A stretch of 45,849 nt of DNA from Candidatus Dojkabacteria bacterium (GTDB lineage: Bacteria > Patescibacteriota > Dojkabacteria > J137), in NCBI GenBank assembly GCA_039929105.1, contig JBDSRX010000051.1, positions 1 through 45,849 of the forward strand. Direction: 5' to 3'. A model generated the notes under the pieces. It was not told the DNA's origin and did no database searches. It saw only the letters and a list, made by a program, of their open reading frames with translations. Positions 8,691 to 17,645 of this stretch are shown one piece after another. Within the stretch, counting starts at the first letter, position 1. Every line of letters begins with the position of its first letter. A program made the translations under genes and the position numbers.

Positions 8691-9746
8691 TTATCCTTCA
8701 TTCGCAGCATTCTTGGCAGCATAAACATAAAACTTATGTTTATAATGTTGCTTCTTGTCCCATGAAGGAATTTTTATATCAGTACCTTCGTATAGAATTA
8801 GTTTGCCATCAACTACAAAATAATAATGAGTTTCTCCATTCTTTTTGCAAAGCATTAATGTTCCAGGCATACTTTGAGGATAGAATAGTGTATCTGTAGA
8901 TCCTTCCTCCTCGTATTGTAATATTTTATTGCCAAATTTATCTCTTTTGAAAATTCTGAATTGACCATTAATTATAGTTTGGCTTTCCCAAGTTCTAATG
9001 TAGGGTTCATGGTAACCTCCTGGATAATCTTTAAGGTCTTGATCTTGTCCAGCTTCTACTTTCTCTTCGCCATTAATAATTCTTACTTCTGAGTTTAAGA
9101 TTTTCCAATTATTTCTAAAGAAACTTGTTAAATGATCTTCGGTTAACACTTCATTCTGTCTTGAAGATCCAGTAAAAACTATTAGTCCATCTTTCTCTAG
9201 TTTGTAAAGAGAATACATGATTGCATGATTTATTAGATTTCTACCAGTAGTTCCGTTTTCATTTGATTTAAAACCTGGATTGTTACTATGTGCTTCACTA
9301 ATAGTATTTGGGTTCATAGGTAAATTACCTATTATCAATTTATATCTATTATTGATTGGTAGGCTTGCAAATCCATCAGAAAGTATTGCTCTAATCCTCT
9401 CAGGGTCAAAACCATTTAATTCGATATTATGGTAAGCATTTTCAACAGCTGCGGGATTGTTGTCAACTAAATCAACTTCAATGTTATTTGCTAACTTATA
9501 TAAGTACAATCCTAAAATTCCAGTACCTGTGCCTAAGTCCAGTACTTTTGGGTCATTTTTAAAGAATTCTGGAGTAATAATTCCATGGCTCATAAGGAGA
9601 TTAATGAATTCCACTGCAGAAGAATTTCCTACATCCCAAACACCTGTCATAGAATCCACAAGAAGTTGACCATTCATTGTTTCGAATGATGTTTGCTTAG
9701 TGTCAGTTAGTAACGTCACATCTTTTGTTTCTATTAAATCGTTCAT
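8691..9746 (-). CDS. Class I SAM-dependent methyltransferase (HemK/PrmC/MTS-like) with unknown C-terminal extension
   Basis: VLDLGTGTGILG motif I, VDNNPAAVENA, SDGF, IIGNLP (NPPY-like motif IV). Confidence 0.8.
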   Translation of the reverse strand: MNDLIETKDVTLLTDTKQTSFETMNGQLLVDSMTGVWDVGNSSAVEFINLLMSHGIITPEFFKNDPKVLDLGTGTGILGLYLYKLANNIEVDLVDNNPAAVENAYHNIELNGFDPERIRAILSDGFASLPINNRYKLIIGNLPMNPNTISEAHSNNPGFKSNENGTTGRNLINHAIMYSLYKLEKDGLIVFTGSSRQNEVLTEDHLTSFFRNNWKILNSEVRIINGEEKVEAGQDQDLKDYPGGYHEPYIRTWESQTIINGQFRIFKRDKFGNKILQYEEEGSTDTLFYPQSMPGTLMLCKKNGETHYYFVVDGKLILYEGTDIKIPSWDKKQHYKHKFYVYAAKNAANEG

Positions 9747-10141
9747 ATTTGTAGTTATTGCTGAAGATTATACACTATTTTGACTGTTTTATCCATCTCT
9801 ATATATAAGTGTCGCCAAATAGTGCTATCTTCGTTATCTTGTTCACTAAACATTTCAACTCTGAAAAGTTTATAATTTTTTGAAAAATGAGAATGTTTTC
9901 TTGTTTTTTATACCTCCCTTTTATAGGGGGCAAAGAGGAACTATACTCACACATGGCAATTCGGGTTTTATCTATCCTCTCATGCATAGAAAACTCTAAT
10001 ATATTTATATTTTAGCACATGTATGTTTGCCTCTCAATTTTAGCCAACGTCGCCTGATGACATGGATTAATTTTTGTATTCCATTACAATGCAATGTCTG
10101 TAGCGACCTTGCTAATATCTGAGACAATATATTTTACTCAT

Positions 10142-10411
10142 ATGGATATGTCTAAACCAAGTATTTCTAATAGGTTTAAAGGTGTTTTAGAAAGAAGGCA
10201 AATTCAATTATCGAAAATAACTGTTGATAGAGAAACAATTGATGATGTGTGTGAAGAATTTGGTATTAATGTTTTAGAAAAAGCCTATATAGTTGGACTA
10301 GATCCAAGGCTAATTTTCAGTTCAGACTTTATAAAAGGAATTACCTTTCTAGAACTAAATAGAAATGAAGATAACTTTGCAATTTGGCAGAGTATTTTAA
10401 AGATAAAATAG
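10142..10411 (+). CDS. Small hypothetical protein resembling an XRE regulator lacking the recognition helix
   Basis: ORF track start 10094; ATG 10142 or 10148 more likely; aligns by eye to N- and C-terminal parts of the 11448 XRE. Confidence 0.6.
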   Translation: MDMSKPSISNRFKGVLERRQIQLSKITVDRETIDDVCEEFGINVLEKAYIVGLDPRLIFSSDFIKGITFLELNRNEDNFAIWQSILKIK

Positions 10412-11173
10412 TTACTTTAAGATATTCCAAAGTAAATCAAAAAGTATCGTTGAATTGATAGCAAGGCCTTCGTTTTTAATAACGATAGCAGAGATATTAT
10501 TGTTTTTTGTTGGCTGAATGATAGCTATACTATCTCTATAAATAAGATAGTCCATTGATTTTAGTTTTGAATTTTCAGGTAAAAACTTAAAATCAATACC
10601 TTTCATATTAGTGTAGGTATCCTCGAACAACTTTTGGTATTTGTCTTTAGAAACGATGTCTTGCATATAAAGCCCTTTTTTCATTGCTTCGGGAAATGAA
10701 TTGTAATTGTCTGGAAGTTTTTCCCAGATTTGTTCGGGACTTACATATGCTTTTATCGTAGGTGAAGTGAGAATATCATTGTATACTCTTTGAACTGCTC
10801 TTACTCCTTCGTAATATTTAACTTGAGAACTTGTATTTTCTTTTACTTTGTCTATCTCATCGTAAATACTTTCTATTACATTATTTAATCCTGATTCTTT
10901 TCTACTTATTGTGCTTTTCTCCTGTTCAATCAAATAGCTTATTTTTTCTGGAGGTTCTGCAATAATAGCTCTTTTGTTTCCTTTTTGAATTTGAGTTGCT
11001 AATCCACGTTCAATTAATGAGGAAATATTTAGATGAGTTGTTGCTCTATTAAGCTTAGCCTTTCTCGAAATATCTAAAACGCTAGAGGGTCCTAGTTGTA
11101 ATAGGGTGATGTAGACTAAGCTTTCGCTAGGACTAAGTCCATATTCTTGAAGAGAAATTAGTACTTTTTTCAT
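10412..11173 (-). CDS. TrmB-family wHTH transcriptional regulator (paralog 2)
   Basis: YGLSPSESLVYITLL.LG..SVLDISRKAKLNRATT, AEPPEKI, VKYYEG. Confidence 0.9.
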   Translation of the reverse strand: MKKVLISLQEYGLSPSESLVYITLLQLGPSSVLDISRKAKLNRATTHLNISSLIERGLATQIQKGNKRAIIAEPPEKISYLIEQEKSTISRKESGLNNVIESIYDEIDKVKENTSSQVKYYEGVRAVQRVYNDILTSPTIKAYVSPEQIWEKLPDNYNSFPEAMKKGLYMQDIVSKDKYQKLFEDTYTNMKGIDFKFLPENSKLKSMDYLIYRDSIAIIQPTKNNNISAIVIKNEGLAINSTILFDLLWNILK

Positions 11174-11188
11174 AGAAAATATTTAAAG

Positions 11189-11238
11189 TGTATGGTTTAT
11201 TCTGACAGATTTTACAACACTTAGGTCACTATAGTCAA
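11189..11238 (-). promoter_or_regulatory. Promoter of TrmB paralog 2 (TTGACT-N18-TAAAAT) with palindrome TGTC-N11-TACA over the start site
   Basis: Reverse-strand -35 at 11233-11238, -10 at 11209-11214, palindrome 11189-11207. Confidence 0.6.
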
Positions 11239-11297
11239 TATACCTTACTACAGATATCTTTCCCTATTCAGGCTTGTTAGCTTCTCTGATACATTTT

Positions 11298-11350
11298 TGT
11301 CGTTCAAAACTCGACAGATTGTTGCCAATAATCGTTACTGGATATATAAT
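11298..11350 (+). promoter_or_regulatory. Palindrome TGTCG-N9-CGACA upstream of sigma70 promoter TTGCCA-N17-TATAAT for the XRE gene
   Basis: Palindrome 11298-11316; -35 at 11322; -10 at 11345. Confidence 0.7.
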
Positions 11351-11360
11351 TTGAAGAGAA

Positions 11361-11414
11361 TAAAAAAGCTAGCCAAGTTGTTGGAGCAACTTAACTAGCA
11401 ATAGATTATAGCAT
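11361..11414 (-). ncRNA. Putative ~40-nt antisense hairpin RNA in the XRE leader
   Basis: Minus strand: TGCTATAAT extended -10, then GCTAGTTAAGTTG-CTCCAA-CAACTTGGCTAGC hairpin and T6. Confidence 0.45.
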
Positions 11415-11447
11415 AGTGCTGATCCTAGAATACTTAACGAATAGAGT

Positions 11448-11717
11448 ATGTTTAATCCTACTATAGGTCAAAAAGTTAAAATATTTAGATATCGATCTGG
11501 AATGAGCCAGTTTGATCTAGAACTAGAAATTAATGCTTCTTCTGGAGTTATTTGTAGACTAGAGTCGGATAGAGTAAATCCAACTAAGGAAACATTATTT
11601 GCTATTTCTAAAGCATTAAAACTTACTGAAGTGGAGACTGCTTATCTTTTTGGAATAATAGAGAAAGAAAACATAAATATTATAGAACTGCAGTTTGGTA
11701 GAACTCTCCTAATTTAA
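11448..11717 (+). CDS. XRE/Cro-C1 family HTH regulator
   Basis: IGQKVKIFR..SGMSQFDL....ICRLE...NPTKETLFAISKAL. Confidence 0.88.
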   Translation: MFNPTIGQKVKIFRYRSGMSQFDLELEINASSGVICRLESDRVNPTKETLFAISKALKLTEVETAYLFGIIEKENINIIELQFGRTLLI

Positions 11718-13464
11718 AACCTCTTTTTCCGTAATATTCTCTTGTTCCTATTGCAGAAATAACAGCAAGGTTTGTAAATCCATGTTCTTTTACCATTTCT
11801 TTTGCTTTCTCAATTAGTTTAGTGCCTAGACCTAAGTGTTGAGCTTGACCAGATGATTCTTTACTTAATTCTAAGCTTGGACCATAAACATGAACTTCTC
11901 TTATCATTGCTGCATCATTAAGTTCTTCAGTTATTTTATTCGTTTTTTCTTTTGGTATTGAAAGTCTTAAAAACCCAGCGATCTCTCGTTGTTGCGTAAT
12001 ATATTGTAAGAAGTATTCCGTTGCTGTGTTCGTGTCATATTCGATTATATCTAAGTGTAAATCATCAAAGCTAACAACTTTATTCTTAATTTCTCTTGCT
12101 CTTATATTAGGATTTGCTCGACCATCTTTTTTTAATAAATGCTCAACAACTTCTCGTAAGTTTGTTGTTAAGTTTCCATCTTCAATTTCTGTAGAAGGTA
12201 TATCTCTAATAATTCTTGTAAGTCTATTATATTCTGGTGTTGCTTCCATCATATCGGCTAACAATGTTACAAGTTGTTGAGTTGTATAAGGTTGGTAAGA
12301 TCCTTCTGCCCATTTATCGTGTAATCCAGTATTTTTGATAATTGAAGTAGGATAGATCTTAAGTTCATCAGGTTTGTAGGCAGGATCGTTAAATAATTCG
12401 TGGTAAACTCTCAAATCTATTTCTGGGGTAGCACCGTAGAGGTTTGGCATCATATGTCCATGGATTTTAAATCCTGCAGATCTTAATAAATCAAAAGCTG
12501 CTGCAACTTGAGCTTTATTTTCACCTCTAACATTCATTCTACTAATCTCATCATCAAGTGTTTGGATCCCAACTTGAACTTTAGTAGCTCCTAACTTTCT
12601 CATCATTAATGTTTCTTTTGCAGAAATAACATCAGATCTAGTTTCTAGCACTAAACCAACGCACCTTACAATTCCATGCGAATTAATTTCTTGCTGTCTA
12701 AACAACTCTTCCCAAGAAACTTCAGATTCATCAACGATGTTTTTTGCAAATAATTCTTTATATTCTTTAGAGACAATAAGTTGGTTATATGGTTTATCTC
12801 CAATTCTTTCTCTCAATTCTTCGTTAATATCTAAAGTTAGTTCTTCTTTAATAGTGTGGTCGATTGTTTTATCATCAGTTTTATACTCATTTAATCCAAA
12901 GTCATTCATTGCTCTAAAGCATTCTTCTATAAACCAAAGTTTGTATTTTTCTGTGTAGTAGGACCAAGTTCCTCCAAGAATAAGTAATTCAATCTTTTCT
13001 AAAGGATGCCCTGTATTTTTGTAGGCTTGAAGTCTTCCATAGACTTGTAAATAAGGGCTAAATCTATTGAATAAAGCTCTTTGAGCACCTGGTTCGGTTG
13101 CAATGTAACTCTTAGGCATTCTTACGTCGTTAGGGCAGAATATGCAGTTTCCTGGGCAAGCGAAAGGTTTTGTTAATACTGTTACAGTTGTTACTCCAGA
13201 AATAGAACGAGTAGGTTTCATTTTAATTCGAGAGATCATTGTTCTTATTACAGATTCATCGAAATCTATAGAACTATCGTTTTCGATTAACCATTCAATG
13301 CCTCTAATAATTTGGTTTTTATTAAATACTTCGTTTCTGTCTTTTGGATATTGTCTAACTATTTTTTCGAACTTTTTCTTATTAAATTTAGGGAGGTTTA
13401 AGGTGTCTTCTAAAATTCCTTTTAGTTCTCTTTTATATATTGAAGGGTCGAAATTGTAGGGCAT
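11680..13464 (-). CDS. elp3: Elp3-family radical SAM/KAT tRNA U34 carboxymethyltransferase
   Basis: TRSISGV, CPGNCIFCP, PKSY..EPG, GGTW, ETR.D, KIYP, R.REI, IREVHVYG, QH.GLG, ISAIGTREYY. Confidence 0.95.
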   Translation of the reverse strand: MPYNFDPSIYKRELKGILEDTLNLPKFNKKKFEKIVRQYPKDRNEVFNKNQIIRGIEWLIENDSSIDFDESVIRTMISRIKMKPTRSISGVTTVTVLTKPFACPGNCIFCPNDVRMPKSYIATEPGAQRALFNRFSPYLQVYGRLQAYKNTGHPLEKIELLILGGTWSYYTEKYKLWFIEECFRAMNDFGLNEYKTDDKTIDHTIKEELTLDINEELRERIGDKPYNQLIVSKEYKELFAKNIVDESEVSWEELFRQQEINSHGIVRCVGLVLETRSDVISAKETLMMRKLGATKVQVGIQTLDDEISRMNVRGENKAQVAAAFDLLRSAGFKIHGHMMPNLYGATPEIDLRVYHELFNDPAYKPDELKIYPTSIIKNTGLHDKWAEGSYQPYTTQQLVTLLADMMEATPEYNRLTRIIRDIPSTEIEDGNLTTNLREVVEHLLKKDGRANPNIRAREIKNKVVSFDDLHLDIIEYDTNTATEYFLQYITQQREIAGFLRLSIPKEKTNKITEELNDAAMIREVHVYGPSLELSKESSGQAQHLGLGTKLIEKAKEMVKEHGFTNLAVISAIGTREYYGKRGFKLGEFYQTAVL

Positions 13465-13480
13465 AAATGAGATTATATCA
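13465..13480 (-). promoter_or_regulatory. Extended -10 (TGATATAAT) 7 nt before elp3 ATG; probable leaderless mRNA
   Basis: Reverse complement TGATATAAT-CTCATTT-ATG. Confidence 0.65.
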
Positions 13481-13536
13481 CGAGATACAAGCTTTACTTA
13501 TCACTGTTTAATAAGTTGAGGTTAATCTCTCAGATT

Positions 13537-14172
13537 CTATTCCACCCTATAATTAGAAAGTTGAGCAATTCTTGAGAACATTCCATCTAAATATTCAATC
13601 CACTCATTGTTTAATTGATTAGATTTTTTCCATTCAAATGCATTAGTAACTGCATGTTCTAAATCTTCAGCGATATTTGATTCGTCACTCAATTCCAAAT
13701 TAAAATTTTCTCTCAAAGTTTGCTCATAATCTGTCATTTGATCTAAAGGAATTATAGACATTACTCCAAGGTGTGCTGGTAAACCTTTATATTTTTCCCA
13801 TTCACCTAATTCATTTTCTTCTTCAATAGTTGTGTAAATAACATTTGCGGGATCTTCTTCATAATCAAGCTTATCATCATCTTTATCAGCAGTTGAACCT
13901 AGTAATTCTTTTTCTAAAGAATCTAAAAATGCCTTTGCAGTAGATTTTCTAAAATCACCTTTAATTATTATTTCTAATATCTGCCTAATTGTTAATCCAT
14001 CCTCTACCTCATGTTCAAGTCCAACTTCATCAACTGTATAAACTGACGCTAGTCCTACATCAATAGTATTCATAGAAATATCACTTGCATCAACATTATA
14101 TGTTTCTAAAATCCTGTTAGTTCTATCAATAACTTCTTGTTGATCAGGAGTAATATCTTGTTCTATAGGCAT
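13537..14172 (-). CDS. Hypothetical acidic protein
   Basis: 211-aa ORF with host-like codon use; no motif recognised. Confidence 0.7.
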   Translation of the reverse strand: MPIEQDITPDQQEVIDRTNRILETYNVDASDISMNTIDVGLASVYTVDEVGLEHEVEDGLTIRQILEIIIKGDFRKSTAKAFLDSLEKELLGSTADKDDDKLDYEEDPANVIYTTIEEENELGEWEKYKGLPAHLGVMSIIPLDQMTDYEQTLRENFNLELSDESNIAEDLEHAVTNAFEWKKSNQLNNEWIEYLDGMFSRIAQLSNYRVE

Positions 14173-14227
14173 AATTTCTTGGTAATAATTACATTGTAGT
14201 ATAATCTTTATAAATTTTACTCTATAT

Positions 14228-14884
14228 ATGGATTTATATACAACTCACGCAAAAGAGTTCTCAAATACAAGACAATCTCCATGGGAAGGATGGAAAAGCG
14301 TTTTACGTTCTACGTATAACGTAAAACGTAACGCGTATAACGTCTTGGATCTAGGCTGTGGGAATGGTCGTTTTTTAAAGTATTTAAAAGATGAAGGTAT
14401 TAAAATTAGCAGATATGTTGGATTAGACAATTCTAAAATACTTTTAAACATTGCTAAAAAAGAAAATACAGAAGCAGAGTTCTTCGATCTAGACTTAAAT
14501 ACAATGGATTGGGCTAAGAAGATTAAAGGTGAATTTGATCTAATAGTTTCTTTTGGAGTAATGCATCACATTGAAAGTTTTCAACTTAGAAGAAATATTC
14601 TTGAATGTTCCTCTAATCTTGCTAAGAAAGATGCAACTTTAGCAATTGCTTACTGGCAATTTATGAATGATGAAAAATTAAAAGCAAAAGCACTTAAGCT
14701 AACTAGAGAAAACGACTATGAACTTCCCTTTGGACAAAATGGTGCAAAAAGATTTTGTCATTTTGTAAATGAGACTGAGGCTCTAAAGTTAGAAAGCGAA
14801 CTTTCCGTAAAGAGAGTAGATGCTTATTATGCAGATGGGAAATCGAAAGAGCTTAACTATTATGTAATTTACCATCCTTTGTGA
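14228..14884 (+). CDS. Trm9/ALKBH8-like SAM-dependent methyltransferase (putative tRNA carboxymethyluridine methyltransferase)
   Basis: Y...A..FS.TR..PW N-terminal motif, VLDLGCGNGR, VMHHI, RR..L, Y/VW, RFCH. Confidence 0.75.
   Translation: MDLYTTHAKEFSNTRQSPWEGWKSVLRSTYNVKRNAYNVLDLGCGNGRFLKYLKDEGIKISRYVGLDNSKILLNIAKKENTEAEFFDLDLNTMDWAKKIKGEFDLIVSFGVMHHIESFQLRRNILECSSNLAKKDATLAIAYWQFMNDEKLKAKALKLTRENDYELPFGQNGAKRFCHFVNETEALKLESELSVKRVDAYYADGKSKELNYYVIYHPL
14298..14346 (+). repeat. In-frame heptamer array x7 (GCGTTTT ACGTTCT ACGTATA ACGTAAA ACGTAAC GCGTATA ACGTCTT)
   Basis: CGT every 7 nt inside a CpG-poor CDS; encodes VLRSTYNVKRNAYNV. Confidence 0.85.
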
Positions 14885-14885
14885 T

Positions 14886-14921
14886 GTCATTGCGAGGAGT
14901 CGCAGACGACGTGGCAATCTC
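14886..14921 (+). repeat. REP-like element, left arm (GTCATTGCGAGGAGTCGCAGACGACGTGGCAATCTC)
   Basis: Near-identical to the left arm at 34405. Confidence 0.85.
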
Positions 14922-15065
14922 ATAAATGTCAAAATTAAGTATATTCCTTCGCACTTTTATAACTAAAAGTGCTGCAAACTCCCCAGCTCGAAAAACTAAA
15001 GAAATAATCAATGTCCGTCTAACAATATTGTAGCTATAAGCTTTCAAAACTTCTATAATAAATAA

Positions 15066-15713
15066 ATGGAAAGCAATGTTCGATTTTCTAGAATAAAAAA
15101 TAAATTACAAATTCAATCCAGTAAGTTTTTAAATATTAAGAATTTGCTTAAGGTTGTTGTTCCTATTATTTTAGGATTAGTAATTATTTGTTTAATCTCA
15201 ATTTACTCGATCCAAACTTCTTATGCATCTAGAGTTATTAAAAAAGAAGAAGATATTCCAGAAGAACTTTACAATTTAACAATAGTTCTTAAAATTAGTG
15301 ATTTAAACCAAGGTTCAGGTTTTTGGGATGATGCACTACAAAAAGGATTAGATTTGTATAACTCTAGGAAAGTTAAAGACATTTTTATCTTTATAGTTAA
15401 CGATGATAATCAGGTTAATTTTGATATTAACAAAATTAATAAGTACTTCAAAACACTTCCTGAATCTAGATATAAAGTTGCCAACCTTGCAGACTCAGTC
15501 TATGATGTATGTACAAGTCTCAAAAGTGATTTCAAGGTTAACAAAGCACTCTTAATTACTTATAAAACTTATAACGCAAGAATCGGATTTTTGTGTAATA
15601 GTGAAAACGTTTTTACAGCAGGATTAGAAGTAAAGTCTGAGTATAAAGATAGTTTTGCGGCAATAAACGAAATTATTGCAGATATTATTTATGTAGTATT
15701 TCCAACACAATGA
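15066..15713 (+). CDS. Membrane-anchored degenerate SanA/DUF218-like protein
   Basis: N-terminal TM; EDIP..TIVL, GLDLYNSRKVK.I, F.VNKALLIT...R..FLC follow the SanA pattern but conserved residues are lost. Confidence 0.55.
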   Translation: MESNVRFSRIKNKLQIQSSKFLNIKNLLKVVVPIILGLVIICLISIYSIQTSYASRVIKKEEDIPEELYNLTIVLKISDLNQGSGFWDDALQKGLDLYNSRKVKDIFIFIVNDDNQVNFDINKINKYFKTLPESRYKVANLADSVYDVCTSLKSDFKVNKALLITYKTYNARIGFLCNSENVFTAGLEVKSEYKDSFAAINEIIADIIYVVFPTQ

Positions 15714-16813
15714 AAGCAAAAAACTTAATTTTCTTAACATTAGTATTCGGCATTATCTTAATAGGAATTATTATTACAATTTTTCTTCTCGCATCCCAAC
15801 CAGTAAACATAACTACAACACCTATTTCAAAACCTGTAAGTATGCCAGGAGAAACAGTTATTTCTATTGAACAAGGAAATGTAGATAATTTTGATGTTGC
15901 TGTTATTAATGCAGACGATACAATAGATCTTAAAAATATAAAGGGAGAAAGAATTCCTATTAATTTAGATAAAAATTCTTGGAAAAATATAAATTGGTCA
16001 CCAGATGGAAAGCTTCTGTCAGTTTTAGGTAAAACTGCAGATAATGTTTTCGATTTATTTATTTTCAATTTAAGTACAAAATCTTGGAGACAAGCTACAA
16101 AGTTTAACCAAGCAACCATTGGTGTGAGTTCATATTTATGGAGAGATTCTAATGTAATTTTATTTACGCAGGGAACACCAGGAGAACATTGGATACACCA
16201 ATATGTTTATGCTTCTGGAGAGATCACAAAATTAAATCGAACTGAAGGAGAGCTTTTCACAATCGCTGGAGATGCAAAATCTATGGTAGTTAAGCTAAAT
16301 AATAATAACGAAGTTACATCTTTTGCTTTTTATAAAATTGATGGAACATTAATATACAATTTGAGTAAAGTTTCAGATACAACTTCTAATTTACCAATAG
16401 CAATAAAGAATATTACGTATACAACATCGTCAGAAAATATTGTTTTAACAAGTATGGAAGGCAAACTTTACAAACATGTATTTGGAAATTCCAACGCGAT
16501 TGAAATAAGTGTTGCTGAGGGATTCACACCAATATGTGGTGTTACAGAAAAAATAGTTGTAGGTTTACAAAAAAATATAGAAGGAAAGATATTCTTAGAC
16601 ACAATAAATATAGATAATACTCCATTAATAAATATTGCCTCCACAGACTCCAATGGTAAAGATATAGATTTTTCTAAAACCAAATGCTATAAATTGAATA
16701 ATGTTGCTCTTAATATAGAAGGAAACTGGTATTTAGCAAAAGATAGCGAATTCAATGAATTCTTTGCATTAAAAACTACTAAAGAAGCGAGTTTTAGAAC
16801 ATTAACAGATTAA
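15710..16813 (+). CDS. Membrane-anchored TolB/PD40-like beta-propeller protein
   Basis: N-terminal TM, WSPDGK motif, beta-rich repeats; ATGA overlap with upstream gene. Confidence 0.65.
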   Translation: MKAKNLIFLTLVFGIILIGIIITIFLLASQPVNITTTPISKPVSMPGETVISIEQGNVDNFDVAVINADDTIDLKNIKGERIPINLDKNSWKNINWSPDGKLLSVLGKTADNVFDLFIFNLSTKSWRQATKFNQATIGVSSYLWRDSNVILFTQGTPGEHWIHQYVYASGEITKLNRTEGELFTIAGDAKSMVVKLNNNNEVTSFAFYKIDGTLIYNLSKVSDTTSNLPIAIKNITYTTSSENIVLTSMEGKLYKHVFGNSNAIEISVAEGFTPICGVTEKIVVGLQKNIEGKIFLDTINIDNTPLINIASTDSNGKDIDFSKTKCYKLNNVALNIEGNWYLAKDSEFNEFFALKTTKEASFRTLTD

Positions 16814-16829
16814 ATATTATAAATTAACA

Positions 16830-17180
16830 ATGACAGAAGAAGAGATATTAAAAAAAACTAAAGAGTTGTTAATGGAAGAGGGTATTGATCTAGATAGAAC
16901 AGATAAAACATCATCTGAAATGCTAGAAGAATTTATTCTTCCAGGATTAAAAGGTTCTAAGGATACACTTGAATCTATTTATTCAATGCAATCCCGAGAG
17001 AGAGGTGGGTTGCTTGGTGGAATAACATCTAAGATACAAAGAAAACTTATCAATACAGTAATCAATGTTATCGAAAAACAAGCAATGAGACAACAAAAGT
17101 TTAATGAACTTTCTTATAAAGCAATAGAATTACTAATACAAGAAAATAAAGATCTTAAAAATAAACTTATTACTAAATAA
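16830..17180 (+). CDS. Hypothetical helical/coiled-coil protein
   Basis: 116-aa ORF in operon-like spacing. Confidence 0.7.
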   Translation: MTEEEILKKTKELLMEEGIDLDRTDKTSSEMLEEFILPGLKGSKDTLESIYSMQSRERGGLLGGITSKIQRKLINTVINVIEKQAMRQQKFNELSYKAIELLIQENKDLKNKLITK

Positions 17181-17186
17181 ATTAAT

Positions 17187-17594
17187 ATGCAAAATACACC
17201 GCCACAAAACTTCGAATCAATTGACACTATATTCCCCGACACATCATTGGATTTAGCTCCAGTTACTGAAGCATGGAGAGTTGCTGCTTTAGATGAAAAT
17301 GAAGGTGAAATGGAGGTTACACAAGAGATAATACATAATCTTGAAGCATTTTATTTCGTTAATGAGCCTACATTAGTTGAAACAGCTAAGAATTATTTGA
17401 AAAGAATGTATTCGAATCTAGCTAAAAAAATGATTATCAAGCTAGGAAGAGGTGTTAATACAACAGATTCAATAAACTTATATAAAAACTTCTTAAGCTT
17501 GATGGATTCGGATACTTCGGTAGACTTTCCAACAATTGTTCAAAACTATACTTCTAAATATATTGTACTAAGTAAGCTAAGACCTGCTGCATAA
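17187..17594 (+). CDS. Hypothetical protein
   Basis: 135-aa ORF 6 nt after the previous gene. Confidence 0.7.
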   Translation: MQNTPPQNFESIDTIFPDTSLDLAPVTEAWRVAALDENEGEMEVTQEIIHNLEAFYFVNEPTLVETAKNYLKRMYSNLAKKMIIKLGRGVNTTDSINLYKNFLSLMDSDTSVDFPTIVQNYTSKYIVLSKLRPAA

Positions 17595-17645
17595 GTAGAC
17601 CATCCGTATTATTGTTAATTATAAATTTAACAAAGTTTTCTTTTC

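Noticed and set aside
9799-9987. 62-aa minus-strand ORF
   Set aside because: No motif, atypical composition, overlaps the structured spacer; probably spurious.
10094-11717. Prophage immunity region
   Set aside because: No integrase, replication or structural phage genes nearby.
14951-14972. Perfect hairpin GCACTTTTA-TAAC-TAAAAGTGC
   Set aside because: No U tract and single copy here; cannot be assigned as terminator or repeat.
14853-15047. 64-aa minus-strand ORF
   Set aside because: C-terminus (IATSSATPRND) is a translation of the REP-like element and overlaps the methyltransferase end.
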